From Dimorphilus gyrociliatus (lineage: Eukaryota > Animalia > Annelida), in contig CAJFCJ010000039.1 of NCBI GenBank assembly GCA_904063045.1, forward strand, positions 62,001 through 126,000: a stretch of DNA of 64,000 nucleotides. Reading direction: 5' to 3'. A model generated the notes under the pieces. The model did no database searches. It saw nothing but the letters and a program-made list of their open reading frames with translations, and was not told the DNA's origin. A program made the position numbers and the translations under genes. Each line of letters opens with the position of its first letter. Within the stretch, counting starts at the first letter, position 1. Positions 62,132-64,000 of this stretch are shown here, piece by piece.

Positions 62132-63754
62132 TTAAACGTAAGGCTGCTGATGGTCCTTTGGACTACTTGAAGTGGATACGGATGGAAAAAAAGAGTTCTG
62201 ATTCGAGTACGACTTTATCTGTTGCAGACTAAGAAACGGTGACGATGTCACTGCCGAGTTGTCTGGGCGTCTGTTAGAGGAAGTTGAACTTGTTGCCGGT
62301 GTTGATGTTGAAAATTCACTCGATTGCAGTCCGTTATACTGCGACGGAAGAGGCGGCGGAGGTGGTGGTGGAGCCAGGGAGGCAAAGGAGGAAATGGGAA
62401 GGAAGGCAGAACATTTTATGTCATCTTGATGCGATTGCGTAAGAGAAGTTATCGGTGCCAACGTATGTGGGCCTGGTGGAGCAAGGTCGAAAATAGACGT
62501 GGCAGGATGATGATGCTGCGTTACGGTTGGCGTTTGCTGTTGGCCTGGTTGAATAGGACAATTGCGGTCATAGGCGTGCTTTTGCATATGTCTAGCCAGA
62601 TAAGTCTCTTGCGTGTAGCTCTTTCCGCAAACGTGACAAATGTGCGTCTTTAAGTGTTTCGTCTCTGAATGCTTCGGTATGTGATCCCTTAACGCCTGTT
62701 CGTCGCTGAAGCATTTATAACAGCTGTTGCATCTGTATGGTTTGTCGGTCATATGCGACCGACTATGGGATTGTAAGCTGCTTAGCTGCGTAAAGGCCTT
62801 TCCACAGCTAGGATGAGAACATTTATAAGGTTTCTCTCCTGTGTGAGTACGCATGTGCTGTTGCAGGTGGCAAAGTTGTGTAAATCGTCTGTCGCAAATC
62901 TGTAAAATGTGAAAAAAAAAAAAAAAAAAAAAGCTATAAGTAGGTCAGATTTCATCCTTCTCTATTATTCATCGCCCGAACGTTCTTTATAATGAGCAAT
63001 TAAGCTCGCGTCAATAAGTTGAAAAAGTTGGTTTATCAATTATTGACGACTATGCGATTTTTTATTGTCCCGCAAAAATCAGTGCAAAACAGCAATTAAA
63101 AATATACTTACATTGCAACGATACGGCTTGATTCCGGAATGGATGCGTGCGTGCTGACTTAGATAAGATGAATTGGCGAAGCACTTGTTGCAGGTTGGGC
63201 ACTTGTAAGGCTTTGGGTCCTGCTTATGCACTTGTTGGCTATGAACGAGCAGGTCCGATTTGCAGTCGAAAACCTGTTCGCACATCCGGCAATGATAGGT
63301 CTTGGCCGATCTGGACGGTTTCAACGGCTGCGGTACAACTAAGCCTGGCTGCGACATGACGGATGGATGTGGCGGCGGTGGGCATGGGGGGCAAGTAGAG
63401 TCGAAGAGGGCAGACACCTTTGGTGGGGGGTAGTGACTGTTGGTAGCTTGACCGCCGCCCATTGTTGCTACCGGATTGCATATGTTGGCGTCGTTGACCT
63501 AACAAAACAAGTTAAGTGTATAAATTGTACGTTTAATTTCTTTGACCATTTCCTCTTTTGGTTTGAAAATGAAAAATTTCATTCCCTTTCTTTCTCTCGC
63601 CCTCACCTTCCCCTCCTGTTAAACATCTCTCTCGCAATGTCTGTCTTTCTTTCTTTCGTTCATTCGTTCGTTCTTTCTCTCTCACTCACACACTCACTTA
63701 AAAAATCTGAAAACCGTCAAACTCGACCTTTGCGTACATATATTTCCCATACAT
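62132..63754 (-). CDS. rn: rotund/squeeze/lin-29/ZNF384-family C2H2 transcription factor, six fingers, ~393 aa
   Basis: Exons 63754-63728 (tentative), 63498-63112 and 62899-62132. Diagnostic KPYKC..C.K.FANSSYLSQH.RIH.GIKPYRC, FTQL.HLQQH.RTHTG, KPY.CNSCYKCF.DE, HLKTHIC..CGKSYTQETYL..HMQKH. The zinc-finger exons are secure; the first micro-exon is less so. Confidence 0.9.
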
Positions 63755-64000
63755 AGAAAAAATTTGACATACAATAATCTAACGCAACATTCCGAACGCT
63801 CGCGGTATGTGGCTCAGGGCGGCGACGGCGTCGTGCATGCCTGCGCTCGTTCAATTCATCGGAATCGAATTCTTCTCCACTTCCGATATTCTCCTGGCCC
63901 CGACACGCGCGCAAACTTCGATCAGGCGAAAAATTATATTTTACACTTTAAACCTTCCTTTATGAATTGATTTTTTCTCCTTTTTCTATATGTGCTCTTT

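Noticed and set aside
29428-63505. Antisense or off-frame ORFs overlapping real genes (29428-29625, 30137-30744, 34693-36266, 47256-47582, 54672-55462, 62324-62653, 63147-63505)
   Set aside because: Shadow ORFs expected from GC-richer coding sequence; no independent motif or splice support.
1-64000. tRNA, rRNA, conserved miRNAs, CRISPR arrays, transposase/RT coding sequence
   Set aside because: None recognised on visual scan of either strand. tRNAscan-SE, Infernal and RepeatMasker would be needed to exclude divergent cases.

Overview
AT-rich (roughly 70% AT by eye), microsatellite-dense animal genomic DNA. Genes have canonical GT-AG introns, many only 70-140 nt long; an invertebrate, probably lophotrochozoan, origin is inferred but not proven. 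Gene models were built by hand from splice sites. (1) Probable 3' end of a small unidentified plus-strand gene (704-2486). (2) First coding exon of a couch potato/RBPMS/MEC-8 RNA-binding protein gene (16532-16606, minus), missed by the ORF track; its intron 1 runs off the left edge (>16.5 kb) and is rich in candidate neuronal cis-elements. (3) An orphan Ser/Arg-rich ORF with a PP1-docking RVxF motif. (4) A RING + NHL-like TRIM-related gene without a B-box. (5) A secreted 4-exon serine beta-lactamase-family protein with a full-length decayed tandem copy. (6) A complete PTB/hephaestus gene with the conserved 34-nt NMD-switch exon and two duplicated, alternative terminal exons that each complete RRM4. 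(7) A BC-box/LRR protein (AMN1/Rad7-like architecture). (8) A rotund/lin-29/ZNF384-family six-finger C2H2 gene. A CTCF-like motif (YAGRTGGCG) recurs, mostly between gene domains. No rRNA, tRNA, CRISPR or transposon coding sequence was recognised.
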